Virus record (IMG/VR): IMGVR_UViG_3300017658_000239
Span: 1 to 26,432 of that record
Direction: 5' to 3' (one strand)
From: a virus
Taxonomy: Duplodnaviria; Caudoviricetes
Length of the DNA: 26,432 nt
This document shows positions 1 to 8,597 of this stretch, piece by piece. The stretch's first letter is position 1. Each line of letters opens with the position of its first letter. Both the position numbers and the translations under genes were made by a program. The notes beneath the pieces were generated by a model that did no database searches, was not told the origin of the DNA, and saw only the letters and a list, made by a program, of their open reading frames with translations.

Positions 1-1260
1 TCAGGCGGTCCGCTTCCCGCCCTCAATCACCTTAAGGCCTCGACTTGCAGGCAACTTGCAGGCAAACAGGGGTCTAAAGGTGCATTTTTGAAGTTCCTCG
101 ATCACCCGTTCCGTGGCTTGCATGCAATCCTGCAGGTATTCCGGATCGAACGATTCGTAGGCGTTCGCCGTCCGCTTCTCGTCGTGCCCGAGCCAGACAT
201 CGCGCTGTTCCTTCGGCACTGGCGGCTTCTCCCTGCGCACCATCGTCGCCATGAAATGGCGAATCGTTCCCGGCGTGAAATTCGGGATATCGCAGTCGGC
301 GGCATGTCTGACGAACGTCCGCTTGATCGCGTCGATCGGTTCGCCGTCCCACATCATCGGCGCCTCGGTAGCTCCTTCCTCATTCGCCCATAGGTCGAGC
401 CAGCCACGCAGGTTGTCGGTCAGTCGGATCTTCGGCCGGTACTTGATCGTCTGCCGGCGTCCAGGCGGGTTGAGGTCGACCGTGCCGAATCGCCGGTTGA
501 CGGTGCGCTCGTTGTCGCGGAAGTCGATGACCGTTTGCGGCCGCGCCCAGGTGTTCAGCGCGAGGATGACGAACCGGAAAAGGTTCTCCTTACGCTTGTC
601 GATCGCGTCGATGAACTTGCCGAACTCCTCGAATGTCGGCAGCCAATCCCGCGGCGTCGGCTCCGGCACGTCGATCAGCTCGGCAACGCGCGCCGCCTGC
701 GTCACCACGTCCGGCGCCATGTCAAGGAGTTGGACCTCGCGCTTGTTGCCGAGCTCGTCGGTGATGACGGCGATTTTCTTTCCAAACCGGAACGATGCCG
801 AAACGACGGAGAGCACGCGAGCGATGTAGGCGGCGGAATGGCTGTGCTTCTCGCGCGACCAACGCATGAACTCGCGTTGGCGAATCGGACCGAAGTCGGC
901 GACGGTCATCGGAGCGTTGAGCCTGAGTTGCGCCTCGAATTGCTCCCATATCGCAATAGCGCGAAAAGCCTGGTCGCCGGACGGCTTCGCCTTCACGTCG
1001 TTCTCGTAATAGTGATCCAGCGCCCGGATCACCGTCACGACTTCAGGCGAACGGTTGCCGACAACAGCGCCGGCGCCCGCCATCTTGATCAGGCGGGTTT
1101 TGGCTTCTTCGAGTATTTCTGTCTTAAGTGAGCGTCGAGGAGTCTGTCGGCTTCCTCGGTCATACCAGTAGGCGTAGAGGACGGGGGTGCCGTGGGCGCG
1201 CCCGACCCAATATCCCCCATATTCGAAGAGCTTTTCCGGGGATAACTTCTTTCTCGGCAC
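1..1260 (-). CDS. int: Tyrosine recombinase / phage integrase
   Basis: 419 aa. Catalytic-type motifs TWARP (R), TIRH, WLGH and a C-terminal Y (ANAYES). GTG start preceded by AAGGAAG. Located at the prophage end. Confidence 0.92.
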   Translation of the reverse strand: MPRKKLSPEKLFEYGGYWVGRAHGTPVLYAYWYDRGSRQTPRRSLKTEILEEAKTRLIKMAGAGAVVGNRSPEVVTVIRALDHYYENDVKAKPSGDQAFRAIAIWEQFEAQLRLNAPMTVADFGPIRQREFMRWSREKHSHSAAYIARVLSVVSASFRFGKKIAVITDELGNKREVQLLDMAPDVVTQAARVAELIDVPEPTPRDWLPTFEEFGKFIDAIDKRKENLFRFVILALNTWARPQTVIDFRDNERTVNRRFGTVDLNPPGRRQTIKYRPKIRLTDNLRGWLDLWANEEGATEAPMMWDGEPIDAIKRTFVRHAADCDIPNFTPGTIRHFMATMVRREKPPVPKEQRDVWLGHDEKRTANAYESFDPEYLQDCMQATERVIEELQKCTFRPLFACKLPASRGLKVIEGGKRTA

Positions 1261-1517
1261 TTCACTTCCTTGCTTTCCAGATACGCGGCGATGGCGTCAG
1301 GGCGGTAGAGAACGACACCCTTCTTCCCTGGCAGATATGCGATCTCGCCGTTCTGGCGCGCCTTGCGCAATTCGCGCGGCCCGACGAGCAGGGAATATCG
1401 CTCACAAACTTCCTGCTCTGTCAAAAGCTCGTCGAAGCTCGACAGCTTCGGAGCCTCGCCCATATCTGCATCGGAAGGCGCCACGCTAGGCGCGTGAGTG
1501 AGTTGCCGCCGTTCCAT
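1089..1517 (-). CDS. Excisionase-like DNA-binding protein
   Basis: LLTEQEVCERY...LRKARQNGEIAYL...VLYRPDAIAAYLE resembles an Xis/MerR-type HTH. ATG at 1517 is coupled to the upstream stop (TGATG). Lies directly upstream of int and overlaps it by 172 nt. Confidence 0.7.
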   Translation of the reverse strand: MERRQLTHAPSVAPSDADMGEAPKLSSFDELLTEQEVCERYSLLVGPRELRKARQNGEIAYLPGKKGVVLYRPDAIAAYLESKEVKCRERSYPRKSSSNMGDIGSGAPTAPPSSTPTGMTEEADRLLDAHLRQKYSKKPKPA

Positions 1518-2002
1518 CAGTCGTCGTATCCCTGGAGCCAACGACGATATCGGCCGTCGACGGCGTCGAACTCGCGCGCCGCGCGATCGTCGTGATCCAG
1601 CATCTTGCGGCTGACGACGCCGCAGGTCTCGCGCAACCAGTCGGCCGCTTCATCCGCCGACGAGGTATCGGAGAAGGTCCAGAAGCCGCGTTCCGAGCAC
1701 ATGATGGCAGCGCGGCGCGCCAACGGCCCGCCCTTAAGATCGGGCTCAACCTGAGAAGTAGGTCCGCAGGTCAACTCCTCAGGATCCTGCGCGTTACTTT
1801 TTGCCGTCTCGTTTGAGGCGAGCGAAGTCACTTCCTCGACCGTCGGCGCAATGCCCGGCACCGGCGCAACGACGTCGATCACGACCTCGTCGCCCTCGAT
1901 GCGGACGCGCCATGCTTCGCAGTCGCCGACGGCATCGCCGAGCAGGGCCTCGACGGCTTCCCGGATTGGGAAGGCGAAGCGGTGGACGATCTGGGGCGTC
2001 AT
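1517..2002 (-). CDS. Phage hypothetical protein
   Basis: 161 aa, coupled at both ends. C-terminal block AAIMCSERGFWTF...WLRETCGVVSRKMLD looks like a folded phage domain. Confidence 0.75.
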   Translation of the reverse strand: MTPQIVHRFAFPIREAVEALLGDAVGDCEAWRVRIEGDEVVIDVVAPVPGIAPTVEEVTSLASNETAKSNAQDPEELTCGPTSQVEPDLKGGPLARRAAIMCSERGFWTFSDTSSADEAADWLRETCGVVSRKMLDHDDRAAREFDAVDGRYRRWLQGYDD

Positions 2003-2181
2003 GGCCGACGCTCCATCGAAAGGTCCGGCTTGCTGTTCCAGTCGAGCTTGTCGATTTCGTACAGCGCGTCCTCGATGTGGTCGGACCTGCCGTTGTGCTG
2101 GCAGCGCTCAAGCGCCTGACGGGCGATCCGTAAGGCTTTTTGGAGCGCAACAATGCGCTGCTTGTCGGATTTCGTGCTCAA
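1999..2181 (-). CDS. Small hypothetical protein (60 aa)
   Basis: TTG start at 2181 overlaps the upstream stop (TTGA) and has a GAGGAGG SD. MSTKSDKQRIVALQKALRIARQALERC... Confidence 0.7.
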   Translation of the reverse strand: MSTKSDKQRIVALQKALRIARQALERCQHNGRSDHIEDALYEIDKLDWNSKPDLSMERRP

Positions 2182-2510
2182 AGCCCTACCTCCTCTAGAA
2201 ACGCGTCGAGGCCTTCGGGCTTCTCCGGGGTCAGGAAGAACGGCTTGATCTCGCGGTCCCACTGCCCGGCGATCATCGCGCCCCATCGGTCACGGATATC
2301 GTGCATGCGCTGCGCCTTGAGCACGTCGCCTGTGCGGGTGATTCTACGATCCCACTTTCGGTATTCGCGCCAGCAGCGGCGATGTTCGCTGCGGACATCC
2401 GCCGGCAACGTGCGGAAGCACTTGCCGCAGACGACTTCGCTACCGTGCTCCTCTGCCTTGAAGGTGCGGCGGCAACGTGGGTTGATGCAGGGGATGCGTA
2501 GCTCGCTCAT
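2178..2510 (-). CDS. Putative zinc-finger hypothetical protein
   Basis: 110 aa with CINPRC and CGKC motifs. Coupled to both neighbours. Confidence 0.75.
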   Translation of the reverse strand: MSELRIPCINPRCRRTFKAEEHGSEVVCGKCFRTLPADVRSEHRRCWREYRKWDRRITRTGDVLKAQRMHDIRDRWGAMIAGQWDREIKPFFLTPEKPEGLDAFLEEVGL

Positions 2511-2878
2511 GCCATGCCCGCCTTCCGCAAATGGTGCAGGATCGTGGTGTGATCCCGGTCGAAAACGAGAGCGAGTTGGGTGAGCGACAGGTGCGGCTTT
2601 GACATCTTCACGGCCGCGACGGCATCACGGCGAGCGGTCGACCAATCCAGCCGGTGGCGCTTGCCGATGATGTCTTCGAAGGTCAGCCCATGCCAGGCCG
2701 CAACGCGCGCGATGATCTCGCGGGCTGGCGATTCCGGCAAAGGCTCCGGGCACAGTTCGAGACGGATGCCAAGACGCGGCATCGGTGGCCGCGACGGCGC
2801 CGGCAGCTTCACCACTCGCGATGCTGCTATCCGGCGCGCGCCGCGCATGGTGTTGGCGTAAGAGGCGATGAGCATCAT
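2507..2878 (-). CDS. DnaA C-terminal (domain IV)-like HTH protein
   Basis: IIARVAAWHGLTFEDIIGKRH...ARR...LSLTQLALVFDRDHTTILH matches the DnaA domain IV signature (SLxxIGxxFGGRDHTTVxH). No AAA+ domain. Confidence 0.85.
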   Translation of the reverse strand: MMLIASYANTMRGARRIAASRVVKLPAPSRPPMPRLGIRLELCPEPLPESPAREIIARVAAWHGLTFEDIIGKRHRLDWSTARRDAVAAVKMSKPHLSLTQLALVFDRDHTTILHHLRKAGMA

Positions 2879-3342
2879 GCACCGCCCTTCGGTGCTGGCA
2901 GGAGCGGCTGCATCGTGCCTGTCTCGTAAGCAGCCGCAATGCGCGGACGCACATGCTCAGATACCGAATGCCCGTCCGGCATCTGGATATGGGCGAGGAA
3001 CGCATCCTCGAACGTCTCGATACCGCTCTCGATGCTCTCCAGCTTCGCCTTGATGCACAGAAACAGCGCGCGCCAGCGGGAGCGGCAGGCCTGTTCCCAG
3101 GCCGCCATGGCGGAATCGACCGTGCGCGTCTTCCCGCGATCCGTCATGATGAACCGCTTATCCATCTGGCTCGGAAGCGGCAGGTGGAAGACGATGCGAC
3201 GGCCGCCCATCTCGAACACCAGAATGGCGCGGGTAGCTTCCTCGAATATTCCGAAGCCGGCGGCCCTGTGCTTGCGGAGAAGCCCGTCGATCTCGCCCTT
3301 GGTTTTGGAAACGGCGACGTTTGTCGTTGCGGCATAGGCCAT
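2875..3342 (-). CDS. Conserved phage hypothetical protein
   Basis: ATG at 3342 (TGATG coupling). MAYAATTNVAVSKTKGEI...RWRALFLCIKAKLESIESGIETFEDAFLAHI, 155 aa. Confidence 0.8.
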   Translation of the reverse strand: MAYAATTNVAVSKTKGEIDGLLRKHRAAGFGIFEEATRAILVFEMGGRRIVFHLPLPSQMDKRFIMTDRGKTRTVDSAMAAWEQACRSRWRALFLCIKAKLESIESGIETFEDAFLAHIQMPDGHSVSEHVRPRIAAAYETGTMQPLLPAPKGGA

Positions 3343-3911
3343 CACATCACCACCGTGATTTTCTCGGCCGCCTGATTGGCGCGCCGCTTGTCCCAGGGAT
3401 TTCGTCGATTGTTCGACTGCTGCTTCATGGTCGCCCAACGGCAGTTGCCAGGCTCATAGTTGCCGTCGTTGTCGGGATAGCGATCGAGCGTGGTGCCTTC
3501 CGGCCGCTCACCCATGTCGGCGAGGAAATTCAGGAAGGACGATCTCCAGCGCTCGCACATGGTGATCCCTCGCCCGCCATAGGCCGGGTAGTGATCATCA
3601 CGCGGATTGAAGCAACGCTGCTTGGCAGAATCCCAAGACTTATAGGCCGGCGTTCCCACCTTGCCGTGAATGAAGTTCTCGGCATGACCTTTCGCGAGGT
3701 TCGCATTGCCAACGGCGCGCTGATGACAGCCGCACGATTTCGTGTGACCGCTGATCAGCTTGTAGCCGGCAACCGCCGGCCGCTCTCCGCATTCGCACCG
3801 GCAGCGCCAGATGGCTTTCCGGTTCTTGTCGGTGCGGACGTAGCCTATGACGGTCAGCTTACCGAAGATGAGGCCGGTCAGGTCCAGCCGGTTGTGAGCT
3901 TTCTCAACCAT
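3342..3911 (-). CDS. HNH-type homing endonuclease-like protein
   Basis: Motifs DLTG..FGKLTV, WRCRCECG, TKSCGC, YGGRGITMCERW, TLDRYPDNDGNYEPGNCRWATMKQQSNNRR. Likely start is the ATG at 3911. Confidence 0.88.
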   Translation of the reverse strand: MVEKAHNRLDLTGLIFGKLTVIGYVRTDKNRKAIWRCRCECGERPAVAGYKLISGHTKSCGCHQRAVGNANLAKGHAENFIHGKVGTPAYKSWDSAKQRCFNPRDDHYPAYGGRGITMCERWRSSFLNFLADMGERPEGTTLDRYPDNDGNYEPGNCRWATMKQQSNNRRNPWDKRRANQAAEKITVVM

Positions 3912-4137
3912 TGGCCCGACCCTCCCTCGATGGTGGCCGGCGGCGCAGCATGTATCCGGCACCGGACGCGCCAATGATCGGCTGGCCTTGGCTACGCAGC
4001 TCGTCGACGTAGCGGTAGATGGTGCGAACCGAGACGCCGAGCTTATTGGCGATCTCGTCGGCCGTCGTCATCCGCTTGCTCATCATGCGAAGGATCGACT
4101 TCCTGACCTTCGCCTGGCGTTCGCAGACCTTGCACAT
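3904..4137 (-). CDS. Stand-alone winged-HTH (HTH_11/YafY N-terminal-like) protein
   Basis: TADEIANKLGVSVRTIYRYVDELRSQGQPIIGASGAGYML, 77 aa, N-terminal CxxC. Confidence 0.82.
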   Translation of the reverse strand: MCKVCERQAKVRKSILRMMSKRMTTADEIANKLGVSVRTIYRYVDELRSQGQPIIGASGAGYMLRRRPPSREGRANG

Positions 4138-4841
4138 CAGCCCGCCTCCCGCAGCGATGCGGCCGACGAGAACTTCACGTCCTCGCTGAACTCGCTCTTG
4201 TCGATGACCCAGCGCAGGTATCCCGGATCCTGCCGTGCGATCTCGCTGAACAGCTTGCCGCGATGCTTGTTGCCGCCCGGAAAGCGGAGAAGGCGGATCG
4301 GGTTGGCGCTGATGTCGAGCAACTGTTCGACGGTGTGCGTCTCCAAAAGCTTGAGCAGGATATGGGCGGTGACCCAGGTATCGGGACCGGCGCGGTGGCT
4401 AGGCATCGCGCGCTCGTCGTCATGCGGCACAAGGCCAAGCTCGTACCGGATCGAACCGTTGGAGTGTCCCTGCAGGTCGGGCCAGATCACGCGCGCGGCC
4501 TTCAGCGTGCAGATGTACGGCTTTTGCGTCTTCAGGAATCGGCTATCGAACTGCCAGTTGTGGGCGCAGAAGATGTCAGCGCCACTCGACACCTGCGCAC
4601 GCACCTCATCGGGATCGGCGCCGAACCGGCACTCGTCTTCCGTTATGTGGTGCACCGCCATCGCCGGGAAACCGATCGGCATGCCGGGATTGACGACATA
4701 GGCCTGCGGGCCATGTTCGATCTGCCAGCCGTCGGGGAACAGGCGGACATCGGTCCAGCCGATCTCGACCATCTCGGCGGGATCGTCGATGCCGGTCGTT
4801 TCGGTGTCGATGACTCGGATGAGGGTGAAGGGGTCAGCCAC
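4137..4841 (-). CDS. DEDDh 3'-5' exonuclease, exonuclease X-like
   Basis: Motifs IDTETTG, AMAVHHIT, AHNWQFD, ICTLKAAR, SHRAGPD. ExoX-like C-terminus FPGGNKHRGKLFSEI...DPGYLRWV. GTG start at 4841 with GAAGGAGG SD. Confidence 0.9.
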   Translation of the reverse strand: MADPFTLIRVIDTETTGIDDPAEMVEIGWTDVRLFPDGWQIEHGPQAYVVNPGMPIGFPAMAVHHITEDECRFGADPDEVRAQVSSGADIFCAHNWQFDSRFLKTQKPYICTLKAARVIWPDLQGHSNGSIRYELGLVPHDDERAMPSHRAGPDTWVTAHILLKLLETHTVEQLLDISANPIRLLRFPGGNKHRGKLFSEIARQDPGYLRWVIDKSEFSEDVKFSSAASLREAG

Positions 4842-5109
4842 GTTCGCCTCCTTCGAAGCGGACGGCGCGCTCATACGCTTCAACCTCCGAAAGACCGGTG
4901 AAGCGGTCGAGGCCGTAAGATGAGCAGTTGCCGATGGAATAATGGACGTTGAAGCCAAGCGGGCCGAGATGGATTCCCATCTCACCGCCATAAACATCAT
5001 CGTGGCGAAACAAACCGAACGCCCACGGCCACAGCCAAAGATGCAGGCTAAAGCCGAGCGATCGGCAATTGCGCCAATGCCAGCCGGGTTGAGGATATTG
5101 GCCCGACAT
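4834..5109 (-). CDS. Hypothetical protein (Trp/Gly-rich, 91 aa)
   Basis: Fills the gap in the coupled operon and overlaps both neighbours. Confidence 0.65.
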   Translation of the reverse strand: MSGQYPQPGWHWRNCRSLGFSLHLWLWPWAFGLFRHDDVYGGEMGIHLGPLGFNVHYSIGNCSSYGLDRFTGLSEVEAYERAVRFEGGERG

Positions 5110-5480
5110 CAGTCATCCTCCCCGTTGAACTCGACCTCGTCGAAGTCGGGATCGTGCGGCGGCGCGATGTAGCGCTGCGGCGTGTAATAGGGCCGGTTGA
5201 TCCGCATGACCGATTCCTCGTCGGTCAGCGTGAAAGAGAAGATCGACGGCCCGCCGTACCAGTGGGTTGTCCACTTCTCGATGGTGACGACCGGCTGGCC
5301 GCCATCTTCCGCCGGCTGCGCCACGGTGATCGTCGGGACATCGACGCGGAGCATCTTGGCGCCGAACCGTTCTTCTTCGCGGACACGGCCGGCATGCTTG
5401 CGATGGCCCATGATCTCGACGACGGCCCACTCGTACTCTGGCGCGGCCTCGACGGTCGGCTGTTCGGTCTGGCCGTCCAT
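5109..5480 (-). CDS. Conserved phage hypothetical protein
   Basis: EWAVVEIMGHRKHAGRVREEERFGAKMLRVDVP...YGGPSIFS with an acidic tail. TGATG-coupled. Confidence 0.8.
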   Translation of the reverse strand: MDGQTEQPTVEAAPEYEWAVVEIMGHRKHAGRVREEERFGAKMLRVDVPTITVAQPAEDGGQPVVTIEKWTTHWYGGPSIFSFTLTDEESVMRINRPYYTPQRYIAPPHDPDFDEVEFNGEDD

Positions 5481-6157
5481 CAGAAGCTCTCCGGCATCGC
5501 GGTTGCAGGGAGCGGATCAGCCGAGGCCGGAGCCGTCGGCGGAACCTTGGCGAGGTGCACGCGGGCTTCCGGCAGCGCGCCGACAGCGTGCAGGTGGCGG
5601 AACAGCGCCAGCGTGGCGCGCGTGTCGCCCTTGGCCGAATGGGCGTCGTCGATGACCAGGCCGAGATGCGCAGCGCAGTCGGTCAGCTTCGGGAAGCCAC
5701 GGCCACCGCCTGCCTTCTTGACGCCCAGCGCCATGGCGGCGCGCATCGTGCAAATATTGGGCGTCTGATCGAACAGATCGGGCAAGCCAGCCCGGCGCAG
5801 TTCGGAGCGCATGGCCTTGGTGTCAAACTGGGCGTTATGGGCGACAACGACGTAGCCGGCCGTGACGATGGTTACGTAGGCGTCGAGCACCACGCCAATC
5901 GGCGTTCCGTTCTCTTCCAAGAACTGCGTCGTCAGGCCGTTCACGTCGCCGGCTTCGGCGGGCATCTCCCAGCCGTCGGGCTTCACGTAGAGGTCGATCT
6001 CGTCTTCCTCTTCCAGCTCGTCATTGAGCAGAATGGCGTTGAAATGCGCCAGGCGCGGCTGCCGGGGATCATCGGCGGGGATCGGAGCGCCGGTGTCAGG
6101 ATCCTTGAACAGGAAAAGGCCGGTCGTCTCGGTGTCAAAGATGCAATATTTGGACAT
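5480..6157 (-). CDS. DEDDh 3'-5' exonuclease (DnaQ/epsilon-like)
   Basis: Motifs IFDTETTG, VNGLT, VAHNAQFD, ICTM, PKL, AHSAKGD. AAAGGAG SD. Confidence 0.92.
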   Translation of the reverse strand: MSKYCIFDTETTGLFLFKDPDTGAPIPADDPRQPRLAHFNAILLNDELEEEDEIDLYVKPDGWEMPAEAGDVNGLTTQFLEENGTPIGVVLDAYVTIVTAGYVVVAHNAQFDTKAMRSELRRAGLPDLFDQTPNICTMRAAMALGVKKAGGGRGFPKLTDCAAHLGLVIDDAHSAKGDTRATLALFRHLHAVGALPEARVHLAKVPPTAPASADPLPATAMPESF

Positions 6158-6158
6158 T

Positions 6159-6299
6159 TCAGGCTCCTTTCAGGACCTTGACTTTGAGGATGCGGATGCC
6201 GGGATGCATGTCGCGCGCCTGGTCGCGGGCGACGTTCGGCGTCGGGGCGGGAATGTCGACGGTCGTGCCGCCGGCCAGGAACACGCGGAACGTGGTCAA
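6159..6299 (-). CDS. Small hypothetical protein (46 aa), absent from the ORF track
   Basis: TTG start overlapping the upstream stop, GGGAGG SD. MTTFRVFLAGGTTVDIPAPTPNVARDQARDMHPGIRILKVKVLKGA. Ends immediately before the exonuclease ATG. Confidence 0.7.
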   Translation of the reverse strand: MTTFRVFLAGGTTVDIPAPTPNVARDQARDMHPGIRILKVKVLKGA

Positions 6300-6643
6300 G
6301 ACCGCCTCCCTGCCCGCTTCCCAAGCGTGTCGATGATGACGGCCGTCGTACCTTCCGGCATCGGGAGAGGGTCGATCTCGGCGAAGTCCGGATCGGCGGC
6401 CGTGAATACCTTTCCGGCAGCCTCCAGCGCGGCGATGGAAAGCCTCGTCTTCGCGGCCTCGTTCTGGATGCGAAGCTCTTCGGCCACCAGGTCGGAGAGA
6501 CGTTCGCGCGCAGCCTCAAGGCTGTTCTCGATAGCCATGGCCGTCTTGTCCGGATCGATACCGGTCAACCGTGGTGGTTCCGGCCGGATTTCTTCCGGCG
6601 TCAGGCTCACGATCTCGCGGGTGAGTGGAGAGTACCAGGCCAC
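6296..6643 (-). CDS. Hypothetical coiled-coil protein
   Basis: 115 aa, GTG start 3 nt after the recT stop with a GAGGA SD. Heptad-like central helix. Confidence 0.7.
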   Translation of the reverse strand: MAWYSPLTREIVSLTPEEIRPEPPRLTGIDPDKTAMAIENSLEAARERLSDLVAEELRIQNEAAKTRLSIAALEAAGKVFTAADPDFAEIDPLPMPEGTTAVIIDTLGKRAGRRS

Positions 6644-6646
6644 GGC

Positions 6647-7759
6647 CTATTCCTCCCCGTCTTCTTCGCCCGGCTCGCGGTCTTCCGCTTCGCCAGTGTC
6701 GAAACCGTCGAGGTAGGCGGCCATCAGACGCTCGTCGGAGCGGTATTCCTTCGGCACCGCCTTGCGGCTCATGCCGCGCTCGCGCGCCTCGGCGCCACGC
6801 CGGCGTGCCGTTGCGATAGGGTTGCCGTCATCCGACTGGGGGACGGGATCGGATGACGGCTTGGCGGCCTTGCCCTCGGGAGAGGCTTTGCCGCCCTCGG
6901 CACCGGAGGAGGCATCCGGGTCCGATTTCTGTTCGTGTTCGATGACCTCGCCGGTGTCTGGGTCGGCATCGACGGGATCGTCGGCGATCTGGTCGAGACG
7001 GTCGGCGAGCGAGCGCGGGCGCTTCTCCTGCGCATCCTCCTTCGCCCCCTTCATGTCGTAGAGCTCATCGTCCCGGCGGATCAGGTCATCCAGGTCCGTC
7101 GACATCGGCAGAACCTTGGAATGACGCTTGGCGACCGTCTTCCGCGCCATCTCCGCCCAGTCAGTCGACCACGGTGTTGACTTGATGTAGCCGGCCTTGA
7201 ACGCCTTCCAGCCATCGGAGCGGTCGCGGATCGAGTTGATCTCGTCGGCGGACATCACCTCGTATGACTTCGTGCCATCCTTCAGGACGCATACCGAATA
7301 GGCGCCGACCGGCTCGCCGCGCGGTGCCTTGAGATCGTAGGTGTGATTGATCTGGGGAGCATCGCCGAGCTGGAACTGGAAGAAATCGTTCTCGAAAACG
7401 ACATGGGCGTCCCAAGTCGAAATCTCCCCGCTGTTGCGGGCCTTCTTGCGGACACCGGCAATCATCGGCTGCCAGGTGATGGAAAAGCTCTGGCCCTTCT
7501 TGCGGAGCACCAGTGCGCCCTCGCGGCCGTCGGGCAGCAACCCGTCCTGCGCCGCCTTCATCGAGGCGTTGAACAGTTCCTTGCGCGGAGCCTGCAAGAG
7601 TTGCGGGTTGTTCTGGATCGCGGTCATGACGACGCGGGCGAACCGCTCGACCGGGATATGGGCTGGAAGGACAGCCTTGAACTGGTCGCCCATGCGCTCG
7701 AACTGGTCGCGAACGACGGCGATCTCGCGCGAACCTTCCGATTTCGTGAGTGCGTTCAT
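6647..7759 (-). CDS. recT: RecT-family single-strand annealing protein
   Basis: FKAVLPAHIPVERFARVVMTAIQNNPQL, AAQDGLLPDGREGALV, PWSTDWAEMARKTVAKRHSKVLPMS. CAGGAG SD. Confidence 0.93.
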   Translation of the reverse strand: MNALTKSEGSREIAVVRDQFERMGDQFKAVLPAHIPVERFARVVMTAIQNNPQLLQAPRKELFNASMKAAQDGLLPDGREGALVLRKKGQSFSITWQPMIAGVRKKARNSGEISTWDAHVVFENDFFQFQLGDAPQINHTYDLKAPRGEPVGAYSVCVLKDGTKSYEVMSADEINSIRDRSDGWKAFKAGYIKSTPWSTDWAEMARKTVAKRHSKVLPMSTDLDDLIRRDDELYDMKGAKEDAQEKRPRSLADRLDQIADDPVDADPDTGEVIEHEQKSDPDASSGAEGGKASPEGKAAKPSSDPVPQSDDGNPIATARRRGAEARERGMSRKAVPKEYRSDERLMAAYLDGFDTGEAEDREPGEEDGEE

Positions 7760-7787
7760 CGCAAATGTCTCCTGTTGCCGCTGGCGA

Positions 7788-8597
7788 TCAGCGGAGTTGG
7801 GCCTTGGTGTCCTGGAAGATTTCGACGCCCGAAAGCGGCGCCGTGTCGCGATTGGCGCGGATATGGGCGCGGATAGCCTTCTCGATCACGTCGATGCCGA
7901 TGTGGGCGCGCAGCGGGCCGTTCAGGTCGACCTTGCTGATATCGACGATGCGGAAGCCCCAGTTCTTCCGCTCTCCGATCGTCCCGGCTTCGGTGCGCAC
8001 CGGCCCGGTGCCGGCGCCGAGCGCCTGAGCTTCGAGGTGCTTGGCCTTGTGTTCGGCCTTGAGGGCATCCTGCAGCGCGACATCGGCGACGATCTCGCTG
8101 GTGCTGGCGGCGGCCTCGTCGAGCTTGCGCTCGGCTTCCTGCCGGGCGGCTTCGGCCTTTGCGGCGGCTTCGGCGGCTGCCTTGCGGCGCTGCTCGTCGG
8201 CGTAGGCGCCGGCCAGGCTTTCAGCGGCGTTGCTGATGCGGGTGCAGCGATCGTTCAGGCTTCCCTGCGCCGGATTGGCGTTGACGCCGAACAGCTTGTT
8301 CCACTCGGCCAGTTCTTCACGGATCGGCCCGACGATCTCATCCCGCCGCTCGCGGACGCGCTTGGCGATCTTCTTCGCGTCGAGCCCGATCTTCACCCAG
8401 GTATCGCGCTCGTTGTCGTTAGCGATCTTGCCCTCGGCGAGCCCGTCCTTTGCCGCGTTGGCGCGGGCTGCGATGGCCTCGACCTCGGCGATCAGGTCTT
8501 GGTGCTCCGAGACGAACAGCACCGACACAGGCGGCTTGTTGTGGCCAAGGCCGGCATCGGCCGGACCAACGATAGAAGGGGCGTCAGAAACGCGCAT
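7788..8597 (-). CDS. Phage coiled-coil protein of the recombination module
   Basis: 269 aa with an Ala/Glu-rich coiled coil and a C-terminal ...WGFRIVD...LSGVEIFQD block. Lies between the exonuclease and recT. Confidence 0.8.
   Translation of the reverse strand: MRVSDAPSIVGPADAGLGHNKPPVSVLFVSEHQDLIAEVEAIAARANAAKDGLAEGKIANDNERDTWVKIGLDAKKIAKRVRERRDEIVGPIREELAEWNKLFGVNANPAQGSLNDRCTRISNAAESLAGAYADEQRRKAAAEAAAKAEAARQEAERKLDEAAASTSEIVADVALQDALKAEHKAKHLEAQALGAGTGPVRTEAGTIGERKNWGFRIVDISKVDLNGPLRAHIGIDVIEKAIRAHIRANRDTAPLSGVEIFQDTKAQLR

Noticed and set aside
1-60. attL/att core near the integrase
   Set aside because: The window starts at the integrase stop codon. Any att site lies outside it and no partner repeat is available.
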